A DNA stretch of 64,000 nt, taken from the NCBI GenBank assembly GCA_965219415.1, contig CBDCNP010000002.1, forward strand, positions 352,001 through 416,000, written 5' to 3'. Made by a program: the position numbers and the translations under genes. This DNA comes from Candidatus Marinacidobacterales bacterium (GTDB taxonomy: Bacteria; Acidobacteriota; Vicinamibacteria; Marinacidobacterales; DATDRI01). Under the pieces are notes generated by a model, which was given only the letters and a program-made list of their open reading frames with translations, did not search any database and was not told the origin of the DNA. This document shows positions 11,301 through 21,546 of the stretch, piece after piece; within the stretch, counting starts at the first letter, position 1; every line of letters starts with the position of its first letter.

Positions 11301-11798
11301 ACTCCTGACGGCGTTCGCGTCGAGGTCGTCGAGCGAGTGCCGAGACGCCCCGCCGGAAAAGGATTCGGCATCCTGGTGCACGAAGTGCTGGCGACAGCCG
11401 ACTTGAGCGCCGGGCGCGAACGACTCGACGCGTTGGCGCGGAGCCTCGGACGCGTCCTCGGCAACACCGAAGAAGAGGCTGAAGCCGCCGCTGAAGCCGC
11501 CGAGCGAGCCCTTGCCCATCCCCTACTTCGGCAGGCCGAGGCCGCGTCTCGACAAGAGGCGTCGCTCTTACGCGAAAGCCCGGTGGTGCTCAAAAGAGGA
11601 GACGGTTCGCTGGTCGAGGGAGTGGTCGATCTCGCGTTTCGGAAGCGGCGCGGTGCTCCCTGGACGGTCGTCGACTTCAAGACCGACGTGCGGGTGGATA
11701 TCCGACAAGAAGAATACAAACGCCAAGTGGCGCTCTATGCGGAAGCGCTCGGTCAGGCGACCGGAGCGGAAGCGGAAGGTGTTTTGTTGTACGTGTGA
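8370..11798 (+). CDS. addA: AddA-like UvrD-family helicase-nuclease
   Basis: 1142 aa; VEAAAGTGKT, VTFTEKAAGEL, FVDEFQDTD, DPKQSIYRFR, MTVHRAKGLEF, YVAATRARD, C-terminal GVVDLAF...VDFKTD. Confidence 0.88.
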   Translation: MPEHTLVDQEARDRIRTSLDETLLVEAAAGTGKTTELIERIIEVIRRGRGKLSTLVAVTFTEKAAGELKLRLRTKLETARRDATGQPEVLAHLEEGLAQLEEAHIGTIHGFCADLLKERPLQAGVDPFFEVATEDESQRLYRRVFLRWLQEKLDDPPPGIRRLLRQPVENELGPVDRLYQAGWALIDRRDFPTPWEIRPFPREKEIDWLVERFLHLAKQSEDCTSTSDRLYRDLAGLRSFALELDRQETASGKRDYDFLEHRLLKLELGKTKGRGPYSDRVSRQDLLDERDSLQESLKEFRKRAGADRAAHLQNELPELVERYQEIKTKAGRLDFLDLLARARDLLRENRPLREELQNRFTHIFVDEFQDTDPLQAEILVLLSSDDPSVDNWRRVKPRRGKLFVVADPKQSIYRFRRADVSLYQQIKRQLMEAGAERVFLSVSFRGSPEIQEAVNAAMSEVMDGSKEAHQASYVGLDRYREPIIGQPSVIALSIPRPYSKYGNLANYAIDKSEPGAVTAWIKWLLEESDWKVTSRGSTDPCPIRPSDICLLFRRFVSGRRDITRPYVDGLQARDVPHVLVGGRGFHQREEIDAMRNALAAIERPDDELSVFSALRGPLFSLADDALFLFRTRHGPLHPFREPSGDLSESDQEIVATLEILARLHIGRNHRPIALTIRQLLDETRAQAGFALWQAGDQVLANVLRLLQLARNFESTGGLSFRGFVGHLEGLAERGEVTEQPLIEEGVQGVRLMTVHRAKGLEFPIVILCDITCPLGESASRHIDPDRNLFAVRLAGGAPWELLDHEAVEGRREAAESQRLLYVAATRARDILVVPAVADAIRPRSWVAALAPALYPIGKTYRLPVVAPGCPRFAEEAVLDPPMNAPPPGEGIKPGLHKPRKGGHRVVWWDPALLEEAYQLKPSIRRHWILQADEGSATDTGTERHDAWQRRRDSLLEEGSGASLDVRTATRVAEETTETPDGVRVEVVERVPRRPAGKGFGILVHEVLATADLSAGRERLDALARSLGRVLGNTEEEAEAAAEAAERALAHPLLRQAEAASRQEASLLRESPVVLKRGDGSLVEGVVDLAFRKRRGAPWTVVDFKTDVRVDIRQEEYKRQVALYAEALGQATGAEAEGVLLYV

Positions 11799-11935
11799 TC
11801 GGCCCACAGCGCCGAAAGGCGACGTTTCCTAGTCGTGCAGGCACGCGGCCGTCAAAACCCCCCGGCACTTGCGCTCGTGCGTAGACACGGTTAGTCTGCG
11901 GCTGGCTAGAACGCAACCACGCCGGGGGACAAAAG

Positions 11936-12376
11936 TTGAGCGCAAAACTGAGAGTAGCGAGCTGGATCCTGCTGACCCTCATCGGAGGGCTGACGCTTCT
12001 CGGATCCGTGGCCTCCGTGTATGTAGCCTACGTCGCGGACGCGGGGCAAGATCAAATCGGTCCAATGACACTGAGCGAGCTCGCCGAAGGTCGGAACGAA
12101 GTCGAAATCGCCCTCCGAGCCCGGCGCGGCACCGCTGCGGCGTTCGCGACTGGTTATGCTCTTTTGTTCCTGACGATCGTGCTCGTCCCCTACCGCAAAG
12201 GGGAAGTATGGGCCTGGTGGGCCCTTCTGATCGGGACGATCGCAACGACCGGCGTTATTTTGATGCGCGTCCCGACGATCGGGACGAATCTCGGCCTCGC
12301 AGCGGCGACGATTCCGCTCGCTGTCGGCATCGTCGCCCTTCTGCTCGATGCCGGCCGCCTGAAAGCTACAACCTAG
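11936..12376 (+). CDS. Hypothetical membrane protein (about 4 TM)
   Basis: 146-aa ORF with alternating hydrophobic helices. Confidence 0.6.
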   Translation: MSAKLRVASWILLTLIGGLTLLGSVASVYVAYVADAGQDQIGPMTLSELAEGRNEVEIALRARRGTAAAFATGYALLFLTIVLVPYRKGEVWAWWALLIGTIATTGVILMRVPTIGTNLGLAAATIPLAVGIVALLLDAGRLKATT

Positions 12377-12501
12377 CGCTAAATTGCCCGGGCGCGAGAC
12401 CAACTGCATGCGCGTGCGTCTCGTGGGCTTTCGCATAACCCTGGCGTTCCCCTACCTCGATACCAACCGCTGCTTAAGACGCGGGGAAAACCCGACGACT
12501 C

Positions 12502-12586
12502 CGGCGGATGAAACCGCCCCATCTGCAGCCGTCCAACCATCATCCACGAACAACACGGTGCCGGATACGTAGCTCGCTGCGTCGGA
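12502..12586 (-). pseudogene. Remnant 3' end of an SDR gene, diverged copy of 15312-15395
   Basis: Translates SDAASYVSGTVLFVDDGWTAADG/RFHPP versus SDAASYVTGTVLFVDGGWTAADGRFQPP in the intact SDR. Confidence 0.85.
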
Positions 12587-12674
12587 TACGCGGGTGAACG
12601 TGAGTGGATTTCAAACCAAGGGATTCCTGTTCAGTATGGGGAACACTCCGATCCGCGATCGAAATTGCGGTCTA

Positions 12675-15257
12675 CTAACGGAGCATCGTATTGAAAAGTA
12701 GCTTGAACGTCCCGTATGTCTGGGCACGATGCTGCGTGCGGAAGCCGATGAGAACCACCTGGCCCTCACCCTGCTTCGCAGCGACCATTGCCGCTTTCTT
12801 CGACAAATGTTCCTCGCCGATGAGCCACCCGCTTTGCAGAATGTCGCGATCTACGTACGTGACGATGCGCTCGTACCGATCGTTGTTTCTGTTGGGGACG
12901 ATCTCGAACGCTGGGTTCTGCCAGTTGAGCACCAAGCCCCGCGACGGCATGCCGTACGCGAGTGGGTGGCCGTTGTCGAATGCCACTCTTAGTGTCGAGC
13001 CGGGGCAGAAGTAATCCTCCGAGTCGATGTCCTCCAGGACGTTGCGAACCTTCAGCTCAAATGTTTCGATGGCGAAGTTGCTAGCCTCCCCCAGAGCGAC
13101 GACGGCGCCCCCGGATTCGACGAACTGTTTCAACGACGCCACGCCCTCGTCTCCGATGCCGGTCATATACTCGGGAGGATAGATCTCGGGGGGCCGACCG
13201 GGCCTCGGTTCCTCTTCCTCCCCGGTGATCATTTCCTTGGAGTCGTGTGGCAAGAGGATTACATCGTATTTGGCGTCGAGCCCGCCTTTCTTGATCTCCT
13301 CGTCCATAAGCGAGGTGTAAGGAAAGGAGAATGTTTCCAGCAAGAACCGGGTCCATCCTTCGTCCATGTTTCCGCCCCGGTAGCGTTGATACATACCTAC
13401 GCGCATCCGCTTCACATCGTGGATTCCATCCCGCGGCTCCGCATCGAGCGGTGTAAAGTCCACTCCCGTCTCCCCGGCTACTTCCCGAAGAGTGGATTCT
13501 GAGCCACCACTCACGATGAAGTCTCCGAGGTGGAGGTCATCGGTCGCCTCGTCCACCCGCCGCACACTAACGCCTTTGTCGAGCAAGAGGTTGGCCGCCT
13601 TAAAGCTCTGATTCAGTCGGCCGTCCAGGACGAAGTGCGACCCCGAGCCCACTGTACCTGCCATCGGGACCGGCCCAGTCAGTCTCTCGAAATCGCCACT
13701 CACCGCGCCGTCTATCGCGTCCACCCGGACGCCCATGAACTCGCTCATGGTGTGAGTGGAAGTATCGTAAGGACGGAGGGGAGATCCGTCCCGCGCCCGC
13801 GTCCACTCATTGTCGGGGTAGAGCGTACGCCCGAGGAGGTTCCGGATCAGTCCCATCTTGGGCTGCGCGAGAGAGATGACGTAGGAGCCCTCCTGGTAGC
13901 TCATTTCCCCGACACTGAATGGCTTTTCGGCCCTCTGGATCTCGATATCGGATTGCAGCAACGTGTTCACCATCTTGATCGTCGTCAAGCGATCGTGCTG
14001 GACGGTGGGGATGACATAAGCCTTGGGTGTTCCCAGAGCACCCCGTTCCGTCTGCCTCTTCGCCTTCAGGTAACCGTTCCAGAGCACCGTTTCCTTGTTG
14101 CGCGCGGCGAGATCCTGTATGGCCCAAGCGGCTATTTTCTGCTGCTCGACGATGTCGCGAAGCCTCCACCAGCCTCCCTCCCAGGGGTTCGGCATCGTCG
14201 ACTGCGCCTCGTACTCGGGAAGCCCGCGGGCGCCGCCGCGAAGCTGGTCGGGATGGAGGTAGAGCGGCGTCGCGAGGCTTGCGCTCGCCGCCTCGGTGAG
14301 CATTCCCGCGATGTTGTGGACCGGCGTGATCCAGTGCCATCCGAAATGCCCCCAGCCAGGATACTGGCCAGCATTGAGCACCCCGGCCTTGCCATTCTCC
14401 TCGAGCTTGTAAGCGATGTGCGCGCCATACCAACTGAGCTCCCGCCACATAAGAGGGTCTGCATACGGACGAATGGGCTCGCTATAAGGGGGCACGTAAA
14501 AGCGGGCCCCGTAAGCTCCCATTTGATGATGGTCGACGTACGCCTGTGGCTTCCAGTCGCGATAGAGCACCTTGGCCGTGTACACCGCCTCCACCATGTT
14601 GAGAAAATCCGCGTCCCGATTGTTGTCGTGGCCAACGTACTTGTGGTAGAGCCAAGGAAGGCCCACCCCCTCGTACTCCGTGCCAAGGTTGTCGCGATAC
14701 CAGTCGGTCACCATGATCTGACCGTCCGGGTTGAAGCAAGGAAACAGGAGCAGGATGGTGTTGTCCAGGATGCGCGTGGTTTCCGCGTCGTCGCGTGAAA
14801 GAAGGTCGTAGGTGAGCTCGGGAGCCGTCTGCGCCCCCCCGACCTCCGTGGCGTGAAGCCCGAAAGACTGACTCACTACGGCCTTGCCCTCATCGATCAA
14901 TCGTCGGATCTCTTCCTCCGGGATCCGCGGGTCCTGAAGCTGCAGGTTCACTTCCCGAATCCGCTCCAGATTAGCAATGTTCTCCGGCGAAGAGATGATC
15001 GCCAGGAGATACGGATGGCCGTCGGTGGAGGGCCCCATGTTGCTCACTTGAATTCGATCGCTCTCCTTGGCGAGAAGCTCGTAGTACTCGACGATCTTGT
15101 CCCAGCGAGCCAGCTTCCTGTCCGTGCCAAGTTGGAAACCGAAGAACTCGTCGGGCGATGTAACTTCGTTCACCGCTTGAGCGGAGGCCAGACTGGAGCC
15201 CATTAGCAGAGCGCCAAGCGCACAAGAGCTCACGATGAAACGCGTTTTGAGCGTCAT
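12675..15257 (-). CDS. Secreted M14-family zinc carboxypeptidase
   Basis: 860 aa; signal peptide; LHATEVG (HxxE), NPDG, HDNNRD, DHHQMG motifs. Confidence 0.88.
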   Translation of the reverse strand: MTLKTRFIVSSCALGALLMGSSLASAQAVNEVTSPDEFFGFQLGTDRKLARWDKIVEYYELLAKESDRIQVSNMGPSTDGHPYLLAIISSPENIANLERIREVNLQLQDPRIPEEEIRRLIDEGKAVVSQSFGLHATEVGGAQTAPELTYDLLSRDDAETTRILDNTILLLFPCFNPDGQIMVTDWYRDNLGTEYEGVGLPWLYHKYVGHDNNRDADFLNMVEAVYTAKVLYRDWKPQAYVDHHQMGAYGARFYVPPYSEPIRPYADPLMWRELSWYGAHIAYKLEENGKAGVLNAGQYPGWGHFGWHWITPVHNIAGMLTEAASASLATPLYLHPDQLRGGARGLPEYEAQSTMPNPWEGGWWRLRDIVEQQKIAAWAIQDLAARNKETVLWNGYLKAKRQTERGALGTPKAYVIPTVQHDRLTTIKMVNTLLQSDIEIQRAEKPFSVGEMSYQEGSYVISLAQPKMGLIRNLLGRTLYPDNEWTRARDGSPLRPYDTSTHTMSEFMGVRVDAIDGAVSGDFERLTGPVPMAGTVGSGSHFVLDGRLNQSFKAANLLLDKGVSVRRVDEATDDLHLGDFIVSGGSESTLREVAGETGVDFTPLDAEPRDGIHDVKRMRVGMYQRYRGGNMDEGWTRFLLETFSFPYTSLMDEEIKKGGLDAKYDVILLPHDSKEMITGEEEEPRPGRPPEIYPPEYMTGIGDEGVASLKQFVESGGAVVALGEASNFAIETFELKVRNVLEDIDSEDYFCPGSTLRVAFDNGHPLAYGMPSRGLVLNWQNPAFEIVPNRNNDRYERIVTYVDRDILQSGWLIGEEHLSKKAAMVAAKQGEGQVVLIGFRTQHRAQTYGTFKLLFNTMLR

Positions 15258-15302
15258 AGGAATACTTCCTTCCTTTTCAAAGTGTGCGTCACGGCTCCAA
15301 CG

Positions 15303-16096
15303 TCACATCCCTGGCGGTTGAAACCGCCCGTCCGCAGCCGTCCAACCACCATCCACGAACAACACGGTGCCGGTCACGTAGCTTGCGGCGTCGGAGGCGA
15401 GAAAGACCGTCGGCCCTACCATCTCCTCGGCCCGTGCCCATCTCTTCAAGACGGTCTTTGCCGCGTAGGCTTCATACCAATCGGGGTTCGAGCGAATGGG
15501 AGCGGTGAGAGGTGTTTCGACGACTCCCGGGGCAACCGCGTTCACTCGCACACCGGACGGGCCGAGCTCGGCCGCCAGCGTCCGCACGATTTGAACCATG
15601 CCCGCTTTCGTCGCCGCATACACCGCTTGACCGGGCTCGACGACCAGAGATCGAATCGAAGAGAAGATGACGATGCTTCCACCTTTTTGCGCGGCCATGA
15701 TTCTCCCCGCCGTCTGAAGTACATGAAAGTTACCTTTCAGGTTCAAATCGATCACGCGGTCCAGTTCCTCTTCCTTGTACTTCAAGATCGGCTTTCGAAC
15801 GTTGATGCTGGGCGTTGATATGACGACATGAGTCGATTATGAGTTTCCCGGATCTTTCCCAATTCGGCACTCACCGCCTCACGGTCTCGGATGTCTAGGT
15901 GCGCCGAGCTGGCTAGGCCTCCGGCAACTTGAATTCTCGTAGCGATGGCGCGGGCTGCGTCGGCGTTGATGTCGAGACACGTGACGTGCGCCCCTTGTGT
16001 AGCGCAGCCCTCCGCCACTGCCTCACCGATACCGGATGCGGCACCCACCACCGCCACGGTTTTCCCGTCTAACCGGAACAGCGCTTCGTCCGCCAT
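15303..16096 (-). CDS. SDR family oxidoreductase (frameshift near 15810)
   Basis: VVGAASGIG, YAATK, NAVAPG, split over two ORFs. Confidence 0.85.
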
Positions 16097-17517
16097 CAAA
16101 TCTCCCCGGCTCCCTCAGTGGGCCTCGCTGAACCGATTCGAGCGAGCGCCACCACCGCGAACCCGAGGCCGGAAGCGATGAGGCCGATGAGCGCCGGGGT
16201 CCAGGCGCCGAAACCCATTCCCCTCGTGTGCAGGTGCACGGCAAGCAAAACCGAGACTCCGACGCCGATCGCGGCCAGCACTTCGGGCGTTCCCGCGCGA
16301 CGATAGTGAAGCCCTGCGACGATAGGCACGAACAGAGAAACCGATAGAAGAGAATAGAAGACCTTCAAGGCTCCGATCACGGTTGGCACCACGATCGCCA
16401 GCAACACTCCCAGCGCTCCCCCGGTCACGGCAGCGATGCGGGCGACTCTCAAGACACGCGAATCACTCGCGCCGGGATTCACAAAACGGCGATAGAGATC
16501 TTGGGAGAGCGACGTGGACAACATGAAAAGGATGGCGTCGCAGGAGCTCAATTCGGCGGAGAAAACCGCCGCCAGTCCCAACGTGCCGACAGCCAGCGGA
16601 AGCTCGTAGACCAAAACCGTCGCTAGTGCGTCCTCATGGTTCAAGAGCTCTGGGTGATGGACTCGGGCGATCATTCCGAGGAGTGGAGGTACAAAGGCGA
16701 ACACCAGGAGTACCAGGGCGGTCGCAGAAACCCCGATGCGAACGGTTCTCTCGTCTCGCGCGCCGAACGTCTTTTGCAAGATCCCCGGAGAAATAATGAA
16801 GGCTGGAACGATCATCGCGACGTAGATCCACCCCGAGCCTCCCCCCCGCCAGAAATTCGTATACGCTGGGTTGGTGGCTGCTTCCGTCGCCATGACTGCG
16901 CCCCAACCACCCGCGGCGGCGAGCGACATCGGCAATGCCACCGCGAAGCCAACCAATAACACAACGAGTTGGACCGCGTTGACCCAAGCCGAAGTCAGCA
17001 AGCCACCGGCCGTGAAGTACGTCGTCATGACCACGCCACCGATGAGGCAACCTAAATACCGCGGCACGCCCGCGACCACGTGCAGGATCGTAGAAATGGC
17101 GATGAGCTGCCCAGCGAGGATGACGAGTGTCCCAATCCAAAGAAGTGTCGCCACGACACCCCGAACCGAACTGCTGTAGCGAAGCTCGAGGAAATCCCCG
17201 ACCGTCCGGAGATCGTGGCGCTTCGCCAACCGCCACAATCGTGGGCCTACCCAAAAAGCCAAAAGGACGGAACCAATGCCCGCCGAGCCGACCCACCACC
17301 ATGCGCTGAGGCCATCCCGGTATCCGAGTCCCGCCGCCCCGACGGTCGAGCCGGCTCCAATGTTTGCGGCAAGCAAGGTCGAAAAGAGCAGCACCGGACC
17401 GAGCTGCCTCCCGGCGACGAAAAAAGCTCCTGTGGTTTTGACGAGGCGCCCTATGATGAGCCCGAGGAAGACTAGAAGAAGCGAGTAACCGATGAGGAAG
17501 AGGAGATGCAGACTCAC
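16096..17517 (-). CDS. Sodium:solute symporter family protein
   Basis: FFVAGRQL, AANIGAGSTVGAAG, about 13 TM segments. Confidence 0.9.
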   Translation of the reverse strand: MSLHLLFLIGYSLLLVFLGLIIGRLVKTTGAFFVAGRQLGPVLLFSTLLAANIGAGSTVGAAGLGYRDGLSAWWWVGSAGIGSVLLAFWVGPRLWRLAKRHDLRTVGDFLELRYSSSVRGVVATLLWIGTLVILAGQLIAISTILHVVAGVPRYLGCLIGGVVMTTYFTAGGLLTSAWVNAVQLVVLLVGFAVALPMSLAAAGGWGAVMATEAATNPAYTNFWRGGGSGWIYVAMIVPAFIISPGILQKTFGARDERTVRIGVSATALVLLVFAFVPPLLGMIARVHHPELLNHEDALATVLVYELPLAVGTLGLAAVFSAELSSCDAILFMLSTSLSQDLYRRFVNPGASDSRVLRVARIAAVTGGALGVLLAIVVPTVIGALKVFYSLLSVSLFVPIVAGLHYRRAGTPEVLAAIGVGVSVLLAVHLHTRGMGFGAWTPALIGLIASGLGFAVVALARIGSARPTEGAGEI

Positions 17518-18563
17518 TTCGTCTCGCTGGACAGATCGCGCGCGGAGGGATAGCCCGGAATGCCTTCGACCGCCTTTACCGCCCGAACAATCGCATCCGC
17601 AATGACCTCTGCCGCCAAAGCACCGACAAGCGTTACGTTTGGATCCCCGTCCCAGGTACCGGTGGCCAGAGCGAAAATGGTGTCGCCGTCACTGGCAGTG
17701 TGAGCAGGGACCACTGCCCGCGCCAAGCCGTCGTGCGCCATCTGCGCGATCTTCGTAACCTGAGTCTTCGTCAGCCGAGCGTTCGTCGCAGTGACCCCGA
17801 TGGTAGTGTTTTCTCCCGGACGAGCCCGCAGGAATTCGCCGGACCGTAGTAGCTTTCTGACATCGGCCAATCTCTTGCCGTCTTCGGTGCGGACGCCGGC
17901 GAGCACTCGTCCGGTTGCCGGATCGATGACGTCTCCTGCAGCGTTGACGGCGACAAGGGCGGCGACGGTGAGACCACTGGACAATGTGATCGCCGCGGTC
18001 CCCAGCCCTCCCTTCATGGCGCGAGCGTACCCGGCGAGCTTCCCCACGGTTGCTCCTGCCCCGGCACCGATATTCCCTTCCAGGACTGGACGGTCGCTTG
18101 CTGCGAGCGCGGCCTTGTAACCACACTCTGCGCCGGGTCGAACATGAGGTTTGTCGCCGACTCGGAGATCGAGAAGTACGGCGGCGGGAACAATGGGTAC
18201 CGTGGCATAGCCCAGGTCGTAGCCGATCCCCTTCTCCTCCAAGTACCGCACCACACCGGAGGCCGAGTCGAGCCCAAAGGCACTACCACCCGAAAGCACC
18301 ACCGCGTGAACCTCCTCGACGGTATCGGTAGGATCGAGTAGCTCCGTCTCGCGAGTTCCAGGAGCCGAGCCGCGTACGTCGACTCCAGCCACCGCTCCTG
18401 CCTCGGTGAGAATGACGGTGCATCCGGTTGGACGTTCGGTGAGCGTGTGGTGGCCGACTTTGATGCCCTCGACGAGGGTTAAACCGGAAGGAGTCGAGTC
18501 TTGGCCAAGCGCCGGGAGGCAAACGGCCAGAACCAGCAACGGTGTGACCTGGAAGGACTTCAC
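17514..18563 (-). CDS. P1/S58 family (DmpA-like) aminopeptidase
   Basis: TGCTV, DVRGSAPGTRE, LSGGSAFGL, ENTTIG, HTASDGDTIF. Confidence 0.9.
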   Translation of the reverse strand: MKSFQVTPLLVLAVCLPALGQDSTPSGLTLVEGIKVGHHTLTERPTGCTVILTEAGAVAGVDVRGSAPGTRETELLDPTDTVEEVHAVVLSGGSAFGLDSASGVVRYLEEKGIGYDLGYATVPIVPAAVLLDLRVGDKPHVRPGAECGYKAALAASDRPVLEGNIGAGAGATVGKLAGYARAMKGGLGTAAITLSSGLTVAALVAVNAAGDVIDPATGRVLAGVRTEDGKRLADVRKLLRSGEFLRARPGENTTIGVTATNARLTKTQVTKIAQMAHDGLARAVVPAHTASDGDTIFALATGTWDGDPNVTLVGALAAEVIADAIVRAVKAVEGIPGYPSARDLSSETK

Positions 18564-18611
18564 GCCCAGAACCTACCAAACTAATATAATGTTGCCAAGT
18601 TGCTCGAGCTA

Positions 18612-19872
18612 ATGGACGCACTACTCAGAGAAGTCGAAGCGGCCCGCGACGAGATCGTCGACTTTGCGGTGGAGCTCATACGGATCCCGACGGTGAATCC
18701 GCCAGGAGAAAACTACCGCGAGTGCGCGTCGTTCATCGGAAAGAAGCTCCAGGAATTCGGATTCCAAGTTGACTATCACGTCGCCGACGACCGCGACGAG
18801 CACACTGAGAAGCACCCACGCGTCAATATCGTCGGACGCCGCAGTGGCGACGAGCCACGCCCTCTCGTTCACCTAAACGGTCACATGGATGTGGTGCCGA
18901 CGGGCCAAGGCTGGACGGTGGATCCTTTTGGCGGTACCGTCCGTGACGGCCGTCTTTACGGTCGAGGCAGCTCGGATATGAAATCCGGCATTGCCGCCGC
19001 GGTTTTCGCCGCCGAGGCTCTCCGACGCGCCGGAGTCTCGCTTCGAGGGAGCGTCGAGATCAGCGGCACCGTGGACGAAGAGAGCGGAGGGTACGCCGGA
19101 GTCGGATGGCTAGCCGAGAAGGGCCATATTGCCTCCGACCGGACCGACTATGTGATCATTCCGGAGCCCTTTGGTCGAGATCGCGTCTGTGTGGGCCATC
19201 GTGGCGTCTATTGGTTCAAGGTAACCGCTCGAGGCCGAATGGCTCACGGGAGCATGCCCTTCCTCGGCGTCAACGCTATCGAGCGAATGGCTCCTCTTAT
19301 GGAAGCCTTTCGCACGGAGCTGATTCCGGCTCTTGCCCAACGCACGACGGAGATGCCGGTCGTTCCTCACGAGGCACGGAGGGCGAGCATCAATTATAAA
19401 TGCGATCCAGGGCGGCCAAGTAGCCGAGTTTGGACAAACACCGTGCGTTCCCGACCGTTGTGAGATCATCGTGGACCGCCGCTTTCTCATCGAAGAAGAT
19501 GCGGAGCTTGTGAAAAAAGAAATCTCGGCAATTGTCGACAGAGTCGGTTCGCGGACTCCCGAGGGAGACTATGATTTGAAGGAGTTGCTCCTCTTTCATC
19601 CGGTGATGACGCCCGAGGACTCACCGCTTACCGCTGCTCTCGAAGACGCTATAAAGAAAGTAACCGGAGAAAACGCGCAACTGGTCGCCAGCCCCGGAAC
19701 TTATGATCACAAGCATGTCTCCCGTGTTGCGGGAGTCGACCATTGCGTTGCGTATGGGCCAGGCATCCTAGAAATGGCTCATCAACCGGACGAGTACTGC
19801 GAAGTGGAAACCTTGGTCGACGCCACCAAGGTTCTGTCATTGGTCCTATTGGAGTCGGTGGGAAAAAACTAG
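18612..19872 (+). CDS. M20 ArgE/DapE-family deacylase (frameshift near 19395)
   Basis: HLNGHMDVVP, GRGSSDMK, DEE, C-terminal YGPG...AHQPDE across two ORFs. Confidence 0.88.
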
Positions 19873-19895
19873 AGACTTGCCACGAGAGGACACTT

Positions 19896-20135
19896 ATGGA
19901 CGTAGTCACACCAAACCAAATGCATCGTATTTTCGTAGTTACGGACGCGATGTCCATTCACCGCGAAGGGATCATCGTCCCACTGGGCCCGGAGGGTTCA
20001 GGAAGCGTTCGGCTCATCGGCAACAAAGTCGAAGTCACGGTTCCCGCCGAGGGCGATTTCGATGATTGGATCGCGGGGCTTCGCGACCAGATCGCCAACC
20101 TCGATCTGTCCGGGGTCAGAAAAGCAGAAACGTAG
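19896..20135 (+). CDS. Small hypothetical protein (79 aa)
   Basis: GAGAGGA RBS before ATG; protein-like composition; fills gap between genes. Confidence 0.6.
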   Translation: MDVVTPNQMHRIFVVTDAMSIHREGIIVPLGPEGSGSVRLIGNKVEVTVPAEGDFDDWIAGLRDQIANLDLSGVRKAET

Positions 20136-20138
20136 CCG

Positions 20139-21494
20139 TTAAGCCGAAGCCAGCTCGCCCAGCGCATCCCGAAACACGCCGATCGTATGGTCGATGTCCT
20201 TCTCGTCCATCGACGTCGAGTTACACATCAAGCCCCGGGGAGCGATCGAGACACCGCGGTTCAGCAACATCAAATGTAGGAGTTGTAGCGGCTCGAACGC
20301 GCTCAGTTTGCCGGCGCGATAATTCGTCACTTCGATTTCCGAGAAATGGATCTGCAGGAGAGAGCCCACTCCGGTTATCTTGGCCCATGGCACCTGTATC
20401 GGCCAGGGCACTTCTTAATCCGAGGCGCAGGCGTTCACCGAGCGAATTGATCCGTGTGATCTCCCGCCGCGTGAGGAGCTCGAGCGCGGCCAGGCCCGCG
20501 GCCATGGTCATGGGATTGCCATTGAATGTCCCGGAATGAAAGAACTTGCCGGCGCGCGGATCGTATGGGGACATGAGCTCGTCGCTGCCGCCGAACGCCC
20601 CCACCGGGAACCCGCCTCCGATGACCTTGCCAAGCGTCGTGATATCCGGCGCGACGTGATAACTCTCCTGTGCTCCACCCCAGGCGAGCCGGAGCGTGAT
20701 CACTTCGTCGAAAATCAGCAGTGACCCACAAGTCTGCGTCGCTTCCCGAAGTAGCTCGAGATAACCTGCGGCCGGTGGGATCATACCTGCTGCACCCATG
20801 ACGGGCTCGACGATGACGGCGGCCAACTCATCGGCGTGGCGGTCGATGATGCTTCGCGTGGCCTCCAGGTTATTGAACGGAGCCACGACGACGTCTTCCA
20901 CGACACCCTCGAAGATTCCCTGCGTATCCGCGCGACGGAATGTGGAGCGTCGGGCGGTCCCTCCTGACTCCACAAACTCACTTCCGCGGCATCGTGACTC
21001 CCGTGATAGCCGCCTTCCATCTTTAAGATCTTCGGCCGGCCGGTTTCTGCCTTGGCGAGCCGGATCGCGTGCATCGTCGCTTCGGTTCCGGAGTTACAAA
21101 AGCGGAGCTTCTCCAATGAGGGAATCCGGTCGCACAGAGCCTTGGCGAGTTCCGTCTGGCTCTCTACCGGCGATCCGAACGCGGTCCCTTTTCGGAGCTG
21201 AGCGCTGGTCGCCTCCACGATGCGTGGGTGCGCGTGGCCATGGATAAGCGCGGTGTAGTTGTTGACCAAATCCAAGTAGACGTTACCGTCCACATCGATC
21301 ACAGAACAGCCTTCTCCCTTGTCGATGACAAACGGATAGGGGAAGAAAAAGGCCGCCGCCCGGATACCGCCCCCCGGTAGAAACTTCACCGCTTCGTCGA
21401 AGAGTCGCTTCGAGGCTGGGGTTCGGTTACGATATTCCGTTTCGACGCGGGCTCGGATGCTGGCGAGCTCGTCGATTCTGTTAGGGGATTCCAT
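20139..21494 (-). CDS. Class-III aminotransferase, glutamate-1-semialdehyde aminomutase-like (2 frameshifts)
   Basis: DVDGNVYLD, FCNSGTEA, EGGYHG, IFDEVIT, LGKVIGGG, HSGTFNGNP over three ORFs. Confidence 0.85.
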
Positions 21495-21546
21495 CCTTGA
21501 TTATCTAGAGCAGAGAGTCGTCACTGTCAAGCCTTCGGAGAGTGTA

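Noticed and set aside
13530-14798. Long antisense ORFs (e.g. 422 aa here, 353 aa at 46909-47970, 315 aa at 50888-51835)
   Set aside because: Shadow frames opposite well-supported genes in high-GC DNA; no recognisable motifs
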